Below are positions 1-9,712 of a stretch of DNA of 64,000 nt, piece by piece. Source of the DNA: Gimesia sp. (GTDB lineage: Bacteria > Planctomycetota > Planctomycetia > Planctomycetales > Planctomycetaceae); NCBI RefSeq assembly GCF_048262075.1, contig NZ_JBLXFK010000011.1, positions 55,920 to 119,919 on the forward strand. Direction: 5' to 3'. The first letter of the stretch is position 1. Each line of letters starts with the position of its first letter. The notes under the pieces were generated by a model. That model searched no databases and was not told where the DNA came from. It saw only the letters and a program-made list of their open reading frames with translations. The position numbers were made by a program, and so were the translations under genes.

Positions 1-476
1 TGGACCACCCGCTTGTGTTTCCGTGCCGCGTCAATCATCACGGGGCCTTCGTCCACAACGAGCGTCAGCGGTTTTTCGCAATAGACGTCCTTCCCGGCGC
101 GACACGCTTCGACGGTCATCTTGGCGTGCCACTGATCGGGGACTGTCACAACGACGGCATCAAGGTCTTTGGAATCGAGCAGTCTACGATAATCATCTGT
201 CATCATTGCCGATTTATTGGCATTTTTCTTGAGATAGGAATCTGCTTCCGACAGGTAATTCTGATCCAGGTCACAGAGTGCTTCAATATTATTGAGGAAG
301 TACTTCATGTTGTTCCGCGGGCCACCCTGGTTGCCGACCCCGATCATGCCAATCCGCACGCGCTCGCTGGGCGGGACCGCAGCAAAGGTGGAGCGATAGC
401 TTTTGGCACTCAGCCCCATAAAGAGCCCGCCAAAGACAGATTTTTTCAGGAAGCGACGACGTGACAACTGAGACAT
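1..476 (-). CDS. Gfo/Idh/MocA family oxidoreductase with Tat signal (truncated by window edge)
   Basis: Not in the ORF track. Manual reverse translation from ATG at 476 gives MSQLSRRRFLK (twin-arginine), then RIGMIGVGNQG (Rossmann) and GKDVYCEKPL (family EKP motif). The frame runs off position 1. Confidence 0.9.
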   Translation of the reverse strand, partial: MSQLSRRRFLKKSVFGGLFMGLSAKSYRSTFAAVPPSERVRIGMIGVGNQGGPRNNMKYFLNNIEALCDLDQNYLSEADSYLKKNANKSAMMTDDYRRLLDSKDLDAVVVTVPDQWHAKMTVEACRAGKDVYCEKPLTLVVDEGPVMIDAARKHKRVV

Positions 477-681
477 GAAATAACTCCTCAAGCGACGAAA
501 TAAATAATATGGATGACCGGCGAATTTCCAGCAGAAATCTCACCAGATAGTGCTTTCGCGGGACCGCTTATCATAGCAGCGCCCGGACCTGAGTCAAACA
601 GATTCAGATCGGACAGAACAACTGATTTTGATGCGACGAGGGGGGGGCGCGGCTAGTGAACTCGGGACTCTATTTTAGGGA

Positions 682-2097
682 TTATTTTTTATAAAGGTTG
701 TTCATGATTTGATTATCCTTACCGCCGATGATATGGATGGCTTGTGCATCTTCACTGCCCGGCAAATCGGTACGGATCAGACAATCGGAAACGCGGCTGT
801 CGGTCACATCCTTCAACAAGAGTCCCGTAGTGGAATAATCGAGAATAGTACAAGCGGTAATATTCATCCGCCGGGAGTCACGAATTTCCAGCGCTGGGGT
901 TTCCTCGCCTGTGCCATTAATCAGGTTACCGTTTAAAGAGATGCCATCGCAGTCCGTTAACAGCATCCCCACCTGGGCTGTTGCGCCGTCGGCGTAATGA
1001 TAGCGGGGACTGCGATCAAGTACATTATTCGAGATCAGAATATTGTGGCAGTCGTGTATCCGGATGTTATGCGTGTAACCTTTCCACATGGTATTTCCCG
1101 TGACGGTGACCCCGCGCGCACTGGTGATTTCAATATTAGTCTGCACATCGGACAGCACGTTATCTGCAATTGTAATGTTTCCGTCACGGTGTTCGCGGGA
1201 ATGGGGGCGGATGCGTGCATTTTCATTGATACGAATATTGGCCGAGCCCGGGGCGAAATGATCGTGTTGAATCGTGCAGCCGACAATAGCAATCTCACCC
1301 ACCATAGCTCCCTCAGAGTCGATCAGTACATTCGCCGTCGGTTCCGAGTCTTTATCTCCCATGTTGCCTTCAATGTCGCAGGTGCCGATCTGAATGTTGC
1401 GAATGTCCCCTTTGCGGACAACCACTCCTCCACCCGCGTTATACGAGATATGACATCCTACAATATTCGACTGATGAATATTGACATGGTCGTAAAACAC
1501 GCCGACACCCCGGTTCTCATAAATATGACAGTTGGAAACAATTACGTTTCGGTTGCGCTTGACTAAATGAATTGCATGCAAAGTGCGGCGGATGGTGAGT
1601 CGTGTGAGTGTGATCTGCATTGTGCCGGTCGCTTCAACTCCACAGGCTTCCGGGTGATCGCCGACAATCTCCAGACCATCGACCAGGGGCGAACGCTGAT
1701 TCAGCCAGACGTTTTCTTTGACTGTGTGAGGACTGGCAGTTCCTTCATGTGTGCCAATGAAACGAAATGCAGGGCCTGCACCTGCCATAATGATCGTGGC
1801 CGTGCCATCCGAACTGAGAGAAGTCGGTCCTAACTGGTCTAGATCGATATTAATCGTTTTCGTGATCCGGTAGACCCCTTTGGGAAATGTGATTTGACCG
1901 ATTTGGGAATCGACGGCGCGTTGCAGTGCGGCAGAGTCATCCGTTTTACCATCTCCGGTTGCACCAAAAGATTTCACCGTTGTTACCATCGATGGTTCAA
2001 CAGGCACAGGACTCGTTTGTGATTTACTGTTCTCAGCAGAGTAAATCAGATAACCGAGAACCAGCAGTGTTGAAATACAGATCAGAGTTCCACGCAT
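682..2097 (-). CDS. Secreted right-handed parallel beta-helix protein (pectate lyase 3-like N-terminus)
   Basis: Hydrophobic N-terminus, FGATGDGKTDDSAALQRA motif, many Asn/Ile-rich beta-helix coils. Confidence 0.75.
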   Translation of the reverse strand: MRGTLICISTLLVLGYLIYSAENSKSQTSPVPVEPSMVTTVKSFGATGDGKTDDSAALQRAVDSQIGQITFPKGVYRITKTINIDLDQLGPTSLSSDGTATIIMAGAGPAFRFIGTHEGTASPHTVKENVWLNQRSPLVDGLEIVGDHPEACGVEATGTMQITLTRLTIRRTLHAIHLVKRNRNVIVSNCHIYENRGVGVFYDHVNIHQSNIVGCHISYNAGGGVVVRKGDIRNIQIGTCDIEGNMGDKDSEPTANVLIDSEGAMVGEIAIVGCTIQHDHFAPGSANIRINENARIRPHSREHRDGNITIADNVLSDVQTNIEITSARGVTVTGNTMWKGYTHNIRIHDCHNILISNNVLDRSPRYHYADGATAQVGMLLTDCDGISLNGNLINGTGEETPALEIRDSRRMNITACTILDYSTTGLLLKDVTDSRVSDCLIRTDLPGSEDAQAIHIIGGKDNQIMNNLYKK

Positions 2098-2335
2098 GTG
2101 TCATTACCTTGTTGTCGAGCAGGGGAGGGAATTAAATAGGGAAAGTTCTCAGCTGTATTCTAAGCCAGTGAACCGGTGAATCACAAACGGATCACCATGA
2201 ATCGTGGAAAGAATTCAGCAGAGAAAGTGCGGCTTTACAGGTTTCAGATGGGAACCTGGCAGCAGCGCCTTTCTTTCCAGTCGGTTCTGGATTATGTTGT
2301 GCAGGAGAGCCTTCCTTTTCTGTCAGAGATAAATT

Positions 2336-2854
2336 GTGATGATTGATCGACCCGATGATTCCGAAATCTCGCCCGGCGACCGGGACCTGTTGCAGTTGCA
2401 TACGCGCTGGATGCGGTTTGCCTATGATGAAGCCCGCGCCGCATTTGAAGAAGATGAAGTACCCGTCGGTGCCGTGATTGTTTACCAGGATCGAATCATC
2501 GCTGCTGCGCACAATCAACGCGAAATGCTGAGCGATCCCACGGCACATGCAGAAATGATTGCCATCACGCAGGCTGCAGAATCATTGGGGAGCTGGCGTC
2601 TCTCTGACTGCATTTTATACGTCACTCTGGAGCCCTGTCCCATGTGCGCGGGGGCCATTATCCAGTCACGGATTCCACTTGTGATTTATGGAACCCGCGA
2701 TGAAAAAGCAGGCGCCTGTCACTCCCTGTTTCAGATCACCAGCGATGCCCGGTTGAATCATCAGAGCACGGTCATCAGTGGTGTTATGCAGGAAGAGTGC
2801 CGCGCCATCCTGCAGGAATTTTTTCGTCGCAAACGTGCAGAAGGTAAAAAATAA
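2336..2854 (+). CDS. tadA: tRNA adenosine(34) deaminase
   Basis: [21 protein letters not shown] zinc-deaminase motifs. Confidence 0.92.
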   Translation: MMIDRPDDSEISPGDRDLLQLHTRWMRFAYDEARAAFEEDEVPVGAVIVYQDRIIAAAHNQREMLSDPTAHAEMIAITQAAESLGSWRLSDCILYVTLEPCPMCAGAIIQSRIPLVIYGTRDEKAGACHSLFQITSDARLNHQSTVISGVMQEECRAILQEFFRRKRAEGKK

Positions 2855-3162
2855 GCATTCTGGTTGTGAGGTTTCCATGAAGTTTTTTACAAAATATTTA
2901 TGATAGAATGACATTCAGAAAATGGAATGAGCACAAGTCTTACTTCAGCATGCGAATAGAAAAATAAAGCGTAACTCTTTTGTCAGATACGACGAAATGA
3001 AATTTGTCAAGTGAGATTCGTAGAAAAGAAACCTCCTTAAAAATCGTTTCATTTTTTGATTACTTTCAGCTTGTCCTTCTGATTCGAGTTCGTCAGAATG
3101 GCCTACACAATAACTTTTCACAATTCACAGATTCAATTCTGAAATATCTTTGAGGCGAGCGA

Positions 3163-3354
3163 ATGCATATTATCTCTCGTGGTACGAATGAGAGTATCCT
3201 CATTGGGGAACATACCGTTGTTAAAGTACTTGAAGTATGTGAGGATCGCGTCAAACTGTCCATTGAGACACCGGGAGCGGAACCTGCCTATTGGGAGGAA
3301 ACGGTGTACCTGGACCACTCTGAAGAATTAGAGTCCGTCGAAATCAGTGGCTGA
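3163..3354 (+). CDS. csrA: CsrA/RsmA-family small protein, divergent
   Basis: 63 aa; SR..ESILIGE...VKVLEV..DRVKLSIETP matches the CsrA pattern, but HREE is replaced by YWEE. Confidence 0.7.
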   Translation: MHIISRGTNESILIGEHTVVKVLEVCEDRVKLSIETPGAEPAYWEETVYLDHSEELESVEISG

Positions 3355-3581
3355 GCTACTCATTCAGCTGACTTTCTGATTAGTACTTTCTCTGGAGCGT
3401 GTATCCTGAATGTCAGGTACGCTTGCTTTCTCTTAAGAAGCTGTGCTTTCCAACCGCGCAGCCTTGGCGTTTAAACTGAAATTTCTCACAATAGGTATGG
3501 ACAGATTCTGGTTCTGTTCACGCTGGTTGTGAAGTCAGCTGCCAGCAGACGGAAACGTCGATTCCTTTATTTTAATTCACT

Positions 3582-4346
3582 GTGAGGCTGATTGTGCCCG
3601 CCATATCGAAACAAGATGGGGAGTCGCTGGGGCTGGAGTCACAGCAACTGCCACGTCACATCGCGATTATCATGGATGGGAATGGCCGCTGGGCTTCTCG
3701 ACGTGGATTTCCACGCATTGAGGGACATCGCCAGGGCGTCAACAGTGTGCGCACCGTTGTAGAAGAGTCCACACGGCTGGGAATTGAACAACTTACGCTA
3801 TATTGTCTCAGTAGCGAGAACTGGAAGCGACCGGCGCTGGAACTCAATCTGCTGATGCAGTTGTTGAAAAAATTCGTCATCGGTGAACGCGAAGAAATCA
3901 TGCGACAGAATATCCGCTTCACCACCATCGGTCGTCGCAGCGATCTGCCCCGGGATGTACTGGTTGAGGTTGATAAAACGATTCACGAGAGCCAGGAGAA
4001 TACCGGAATGCAGCTCTGCCTGGCATTGAACTATGGCAGCCGTTCGGAAATTGTGGACGCTGTCAAATCAATCGTGGCCGATGTCGAACAGGGAAACCTG
4101 AAACAGGAAGACATCAACGAAGAAGTGATCTCCGCGCATCTTTACACCTCTGGCATGCCTGACCCTGATCTGGTGATACGCACTGCGGGAGAAATGCGAG
4201 TCAGCAATTTTCTGCTCTGGCAGATCAGTTATGCCGAGTTATGGGTGACCGAAACTTACTGGCCTGACTTCAAAGTCGCCGATTACTGGCAGGCACTGCG
4301 TGACTTTGCCGCCCGTGACCGCCGTTTCGGTGGTTTGAAAGGATAA
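3582..4346 (+). CDS. uppS: Undecaprenyl diphosphate synthase (cis-prenyltransferase)
   Basis: HIAIIMDGNGRWA, SSENWKRP, PDLVIRTAGEMRVSNFLLWQISYAEL; GTG start. Confidence 0.95.
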   Translation: MRLIVPAISKQDGESLGLESQQLPRHIAIIMDGNGRWASRRGFPRIEGHRQGVNSVRTVVEESTRLGIEQLTLYCLSSENWKRPALELNLLMQLLKKFVIGEREEIMRQNIRFTTIGRRSDLPRDVLVEVDKTIHESQENTGMQLCLALNYGSRSEIVDAVKSIVADVEQGNLKQEDINEEVISAHLYTSGMPDPDLVIRTAGEMRVSNFLLWQISYAELWVTETYWPDFKVADYWQALRDFAARDRRFGGLKG

Positions 4347-4352
4347 CACAGC

Positions 4353-5264
4353 ATGCTGGGTTGGCGGTTACTCGTTTCCGTGATCCTGATTCCACTCCTG
4401 TTCGGGCTGTTTTATCTGGATCAGCGCGCGGGAACTTCTGCTCCCTATCTGTATGGTTTGTGTTGCCTGATTATCTTTCGTGGCTGCTGGGAATTAACTC
4501 AACTCTTAACCGTACGCAAGCTGAATCCCGGATACGCGATTACCAGTCTGCTTTCATTGTTGATCTGCACATTGGCCTGGCTCCCTTATTTCAGCAATAC
4601 TGATGCGGGCAGCCCACAAGAGAGCTCGCTGGCGCTGATGTCAGTCGGCTTTTCGATTTCCATTCTGTTGATCTTTCTGAAAGGCGCAATCCGCTTTCAG
4701 GAGCCGGGACAGAGTATGGAAAACATCGGTGCAGAGATTCTCTCTGTATCCTACCTGGGATTTCTACTGGCAATGCTGGCCGAACTACGGTGGGTGGCGG
4801 GACCCGAGACCGGTTACCTGGCTTTGGGGTCACTCATTATCAGCGCTAAGATGGGAGATATTGGCGGTTACACTTTTGGCCGCTTATGGGGGAAGAAAAA
4901 ACTGGTGCCGCGACTCAGTCCAGGAAAAACATGGGTGGGTGGTTTCGGTGCCATTTTCGGAGCCGCGCTTGGATCTCTGCTCTGGTTTCAGTTCACGCCT
5001 GCTTTATTTAATCCACTCTGGACTGGCAGCAGCTGGTTCTGGGCGATCCTGTTTGGTGCCATCATCGGCCTGGTCGGACTCGTGGGTGACCTGTGTGAAT
5101 CGCTCATCAAGCGGGATGTCGGGAAAAAGGACTCCGCAGAACTCCTGCCTGGATTTGGTGGCCTGCTCGATCTCCTGGACAGTCCGCTTTATGCCGGTCC
5201 CGTGGCGTTTGTACTCTGGAAATTACTGCCACTGGTGACTGTGGTTACTGAAGCCGGCAGTTGA
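4353..5264 (+). CDS. cdsA: Phosphatidate cytidylyltransferase
   Basis: Polytopic membrane protein; SPGKTWVG, GDLCESLIKRDVGKKDS..LPGFGGLLDLLDS; directly after uppS. Confidence 0.93.
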   Translation: MLGWRLLVSVILIPLLFGLFYLDQRAGTSAPYLYGLCCLIIFRGCWELTQLLTVRKLNPGYAITSLLSLLICTLAWLPYFSNTDAGSPQESSLALMSVGFSISILLIFLKGAIRFQEPGQSMENIGAEILSVSYLGFLLAMLAELRWVAGPETGYLALGSLIISAKMGDIGGYTFGRLWGKKKLVPRLSPGKTWVGGFGAIFGAALGSLLWFQFTPALFNPLWTGSSWFWAILFGAIIGLVGLVGDLCESLIKRDVGKKDSAELLPGFGGLLDLLDSPLYAGPVAFVLWKLLPLVTVVTEAGS

Positions 5265-5833
5265 TCGGTTCGCAGGTTGCACCAGCGTAAAGCAGGTAGA
5301 TGAGCTGCGATTACAGGCAGATAGGGATCGATGGATCCTACAACTGCCAATGATGCGACTGTAGACTCGGCGGGTAAATCAAGCGACTTCAGCAGGATCA
5401 GCTCATCCGCCGGCCAGGTCAATGTCACCCAGGCCGCGATGGAATCGCTGGTTACATCCCAGGAAGCAGGTAAGGGAGCGAAGTCCACCGAGGTCGTTGT
5501 TTGCAGGTAATGTTCCGCGCAGAGTATCGGAATCTGCTGTTGCTCCCACGCTTGTTCGGCGTCTTTCTGACTGGAGACCAAACAGGTCTCGTCAAGTAGC
5601 TGGCACAGTAGCCTTTCATTCAATTTCATCGCTGCAATGGCCAGCCAGTGTGACTCGGTGGCATCCAGTTGGTGAACGGCATGCCAGTGACGTACCAGAT
5701 CGGCAGCGCTGCCTCCTCCGCAAATCAACAGGGGGCTGCGATCTTGCCAATGTCTTAGAAACTCAGAGATCCTGTCTTTCAGATCGGGGAGATCGAACAG
5801 GCTGCCTCCGAGTTTTAAGACACTGATCTTCAT
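5189..5833 (-). CDS. Amino-acid-kinase-fold protein, MfnE/Orf21-like (methanofuran/H4MPT-linked C1 pathway)
   Basis: VLKLGGSL, ICGGG, SHWLAI, SWDVTSDSIA motifs. Start moved to ATG 5833 (MKISV) because the upstream extension overlaps hisG. Confidence 0.7.
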   Translation of the reverse strand: MKISVLKLGGSLFDLPDLKDRISEFLRHWQDRSPLLICGGGSAADLVRHWHAVHQLDATESHWLAIAAMKLNERLLCQLLDETCLVSSQKDAEQAWEQQQIPILCAEHYLQTTTSVDFAPLPASWDVTSDSIAAWVTLTWPADELILLKSLDLPAESTVASLAVVGSIDPYLPVIAAHLPALRWCNLRTDQLPASVTTVTSGSNFQSTNATGPA

Positions 5834-5886
5834 CCATTTCAACCCAGCGTAAAAAGCTGACTGCTTACTGTCTCTGCGCTCAAACT

Positions 5887-6765
5887 TCAGTCGATGATTT
5901 TGGAAATCTGATATTCCACGATGCCACACGCGCCCGCTGCTTTCAGTCTGGGGACGATCGTACGGACGACTGATTCTTCCATGATCGTACTGATAGCGAC
6001 CCAGTCCGGGTCAGAGAGTGAAGAAACAGTCGGCTTCTGTAATGCGGGGAGCAGATTAAGCACTTTCTCCAGATCGGTGCGGACCACATTCATCATCACG
6101 CAGACTTTACCTTCTGCAGCCAGGCATGATTCGAGCATCATCGCGATGTTCTCCAGCTTCTCGCGCTTCCAGGGATCTTCAAACGCCTGTTTGTTGGCGA
6201 TGAATCGGGTCGTGCTCTGCATCAGCTCTTCTACAATCCGCAGGTTATTGGCCCGCAGTGAAGAACCGGTTTCGGTGACTTCCACAATCGCGTCGGCCAG
6301 CTTGGGAGGTTTGACTTCGGTCGCGCCCCAGGAAAATTCAACAGTCGCTTTCACGCCATGCTTTTCCAGGTAACGTTCTGTCATGCCGACCACTTCAGTG
6401 GCAATGCGTTTACCTTCGAGGTCTTTGACTGACTGGATGGGTGAATCTTCCGGCACACAGAGGACCCAGCGGACTGGTCGGCGGCTGACTTTAGAGAACT
6501 GCAGTTCGCAGATTTCCTGTACGTCGGCGTTGGTTTCCAGAATCCAGTCATAACCGGTAATCCCAGCATCGAGGATTCCCTGATCGACATAGCGGGCCAT
6601 TTCCTGCGCCCGGATCAGCAGGCACTCGATTTCGTCATCATCAATCGTCGGGTAGTAGGAACGGGATGAAAATTTGATGACATAGCCGGCTCGTTTGAAG
6701 AGTTCAGCCGTCGATTCCTGTAAACTTCCCGCGGGGATACCGAGTTTTAAGACCTTGTCGGACAT
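5887..6765 (-). CDS. hisG: ATP phosphoribosyltransferase (long form)
   Basis: [36 protein letters not shown]-terminal regulatory domain. Confidence 0.95.
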   Translation of the reverse strand: MSDKVLKLGIPAGSLQESTAELFKRAGYVIKFSSRSYYPTIDDDEIECLLIRAQEMARYVDQGILDAGITGYDWILETNADVQEICELQFSKVSRRPVRWVLCVPEDSPIQSVKDLEGKRIATEVVGMTERYLEKHGVKATVEFSWGATEVKPPKLADAIVEVTETGSSLRANNLRIVEELMQSTTRFIANKQAFEDPWKREKLENIAMMLESCLAAEGKVCVMMNVVRTDLEKVLNLLPALQKPTVSSLSDPDWVAISTIMEESVVRTIVPRLKAAGACGIVEYQISKIID

Positions 6766-7224
6766 GATTCCTGTTTTTCTGAATTCGATGGTTTGATGCG
6801 TAATGTGTATGGTATTAACAGTTTAAGTATATGATCCATCACCAGCCGGGGATCAAGTTGCAAGTGGAACCTCACCAGTCGGCGAGTGATTTATGCCTGC
6901 AAAATATCCCTTGCGCGTACTCTAACAGCTAAAAAACCGCAGTTCCAGTAGCCCGGAACGAGAATGTTCATAGAAAATCCCAATCAGTGGGCTTCCATCA
7001 AGAGTGCAGTTTCTCTAGGATCGTGCAGATACGCATTCAGGATACCCGATTCCAGCCCGATTATCACTGCTGGAACCCGTGTGCATTCCGTGGAATGTCT
7101 CGGTAGTCCCACGAGGATTTGAATCCGAATAGCCACAGAGGCACACGAGTCAGCCTCTGTTCCGGCTTTAAAGATAGATTTCGTTTCCAAAATATTTTAT
7201 TAATGAGTAAGGAGAAATTCCTCG

Positions 7225-7836
<612 letters not shown>

Positions 7837-7876
7837 GTCGACCGCGACAGCAGAAATGCTGTTGCAATGAAAAATT

Positions 7877-7916
7877 AAAAACCTCAGTCAGTATGTTACG
7901 CTGGCTGAGGTTTTTT
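7877..7916. terminator. Intrinsic terminator, likely bidirectional (cysC / sulfatase)
   Basis: AAAAACCTCAGTCAG-loop-CTGGCTGAGGTTTTTT between convergent genes. Confidence 0.85.
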
Positions 7917-8025
7917 CATATCCATCTATGATCTTTTTTTACTACCACGAAAAAACACGAATGCGATTAGAAATCTAGGCACAAGCAGGGAGCGAGAGCA
8001 ATTTTCTTCCCTCCCCGAATTCCGG

Positions 8026-9561
8026 TTAATCCTCTGTTTTCTGTTCAATCTTATAAGGCCCCAGAGCCGCGTCTCGCAGGAACCAGTCTTGCGGACGGTT
8101 CTTGAGCTGATCCGAATAAACTCGGATCGAACGTTCGTCCCAGAACTCGGGAATGGATGGGTCTTCCGGGATGCGTCCTTTGTCTTCGATTTCCTCCATC
8201 CAGGTATTCAGGGCTGAGGCCAGTCGCTGCTTGACATTCTGGTAGTCAGGGGAATCTGCCAGGTTATTCGTTTCCCAGGGATCCTTTTCTAAATCATACA
8301 GCTCTTCTGCAGGTCGAGTCTCCGCCATCAGCTTGAGAGGTGGTCCTGACAGTTCCCCCCTGCGATGCAGATCTCTTAACAGACCGATGATCGGGTAGGA
8401 CTTTTCCTTATAGCGGTTGATTTGCAGGAAGGGACGTTCAGGGTACTTGTTTCGCAGGTAACGATATTGCTTATCGCGCACCGTACGGATATGCAATACG
8501 GTTTCATCGCCTCGATCGCGTCCGCCAAACAGATACTCACGCGGAGGCTCTGCCTGTTGGCCCAGAAAGACTTGTCCCTGCATTTGTTCAGGCTTGGTAA
8601 TGTCGGCGACCGCCAGTGATGTGGCACTCAGATCGATGGAAGAAATCAGCTGCTCACTTTTTTGACCCCGCTGATAGTGTGCAGGTGCAGGCAGGTCCGC
8701 GTTGCCTTCGGGCCAGTAAATGATGAGGGGAATATGCAGGCCGCTGTCATAAGGCCATTGTTTACCGCGTGGCATTGCCCGGCCATGATCGCCCAGGAAA
8801 ACAACTATCGTGTTTTTCTCTAGCTTGTCCCGCTTCAGTAAATCCAGGATGAATGCGACCTTCTTATCAACAGCCATCACCGCGTTCAGATACTGAGCCC
8901 AGACTCCACGCGTGACGGCGTGATCGGGGTAGTAAGGCGGAATTTCAACTTTGGCAGGGTCCGCCTGGTAACCGATGTGTTCGTGAGACGTATTCCAGGC
9001 ACCGCCTCGATGAGTCTCTGAAAAGTTGATCTGGGCATAGAACGGCTGATGCTGTTTTAATTCGTTCCAGTCCTTGAGGTCAAAGGGTTGTTTGCCTTTG
9101 GGGTATGTGAAATTCCAGTCTGTCTTGCCGGTCCCTTTGTAGAACTTTGCCAGTTTGCGATCGTTGGTAAGGTTCTTGATATTCGCCGTCGTATAGCCGG
9201 CGGGACGGAACCAGTCAGTAATGACCCGCACGCCTTCAGGCAGAGGGTTTGTGCCCTCACGGTGCGAACGATGGTTTTGCGCATCGATGGCCATCGCATA
9301 CATGCCTGTCATGAATGAAGAACGACTGGTAGAGCAGACGGGAGTCACCGTGAATGCGTTCTGGAACAGCATTCCGTTTTTTGCCAATTGATCCAGGGTC
9401 GGCGTTTTAACTTCGGGAGTGCCATAACAGCCGAGTTCGGGACCCATGTCTTCGGCGATGATCCACAGAATATTAGGCCGCTGGTCGGCTGCCTGTACTG
9501 CTTCGGCTGGAGGGAAGGAAATGAATAAAAGAATTGCGAACGCGAAAAGAAATCGATGCAT
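8026..9561 (-). CDS. Sulfatase (formylglycine-dependent, S1 family), secreted
   Basis: Signal peptide, RPNILWIIAEDMG, CSTSR catalytic motif, GDHG, ELYDLEKDPWETNNLA. Confidence 0.92.
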   Translation of the reverse strand: MHRFLFAFAILLFISFPPAEAVQAADQRPNILWIIAEDMGPELGCYGTPEVKTPTLDQLAKNGMLFQNAFTVTPVCSTSRSSFMTGMYAMAIDAQNHRSHREGTNPLPEGVRVITDWFRPAGYTTANIKNLTNDRKLAKFYKGTGKTDWNFTYPKGKQPFDLKDWNELKQHQPFYAQINFSETHRGGAWNTSHEHIGYQADPAKVEIPPYYPDHAVTRGVWAQYLNAVMAVDKKVAFILDLLKRDKLEKNTIVVFLGDHGRAMPRGKQWPYDSGLHIPLIIYWPEGNADLPAPAHYQRGQKSEQLISSIDLSATSLAVADITKPEQMQGQVFLGQQAEPPREYLFGGRDRGDETVLHIRTVRDKQYRYLRNKYPERPFLQINRYKEKSYPIIGLLRDLHRRGELSGPPLKLMAETRPAEELYDLEKDPWETNNLADSPDYQNVKQRLASALNTWMEEIEDKGRIPEDPSIPEFWDERSIRVYSDQLKNRPQDWFLRDAALGPYKIEQKTED

Positions 9562-9625
9562 GAAAGTGACTCTTCACCAAAAGAGAAAATAATAGAGAGA
9601 TCGGAACCGGACTTTCCAACCTCTT

Positions 9626-9654
9626 ATCATCGGCGATGCAACGAGCATTGTCAA
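9626..9654 (-). promoter_or_regulatory. Sigma70-like promoter for sulfatase gene
   Basis: Minus strand TTGACA-17 nt-GATGAT about 65 nt upstream of the sulfatase ATG. Confidence 0.5.
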
Positions 9655-9712
9655 TCAATGTCAGGTTGCTGTGGTCGTATTCCGGCTTGCGTTCATTCGT
9701 TCCGATTTTGAT

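Noticed and set aside
6992-7010. SAM-I-like ATCAAGAG start upstream of cysC
   Set aside because: The downstream kink-turn, pseudoknot and GCAACC elements are not present.
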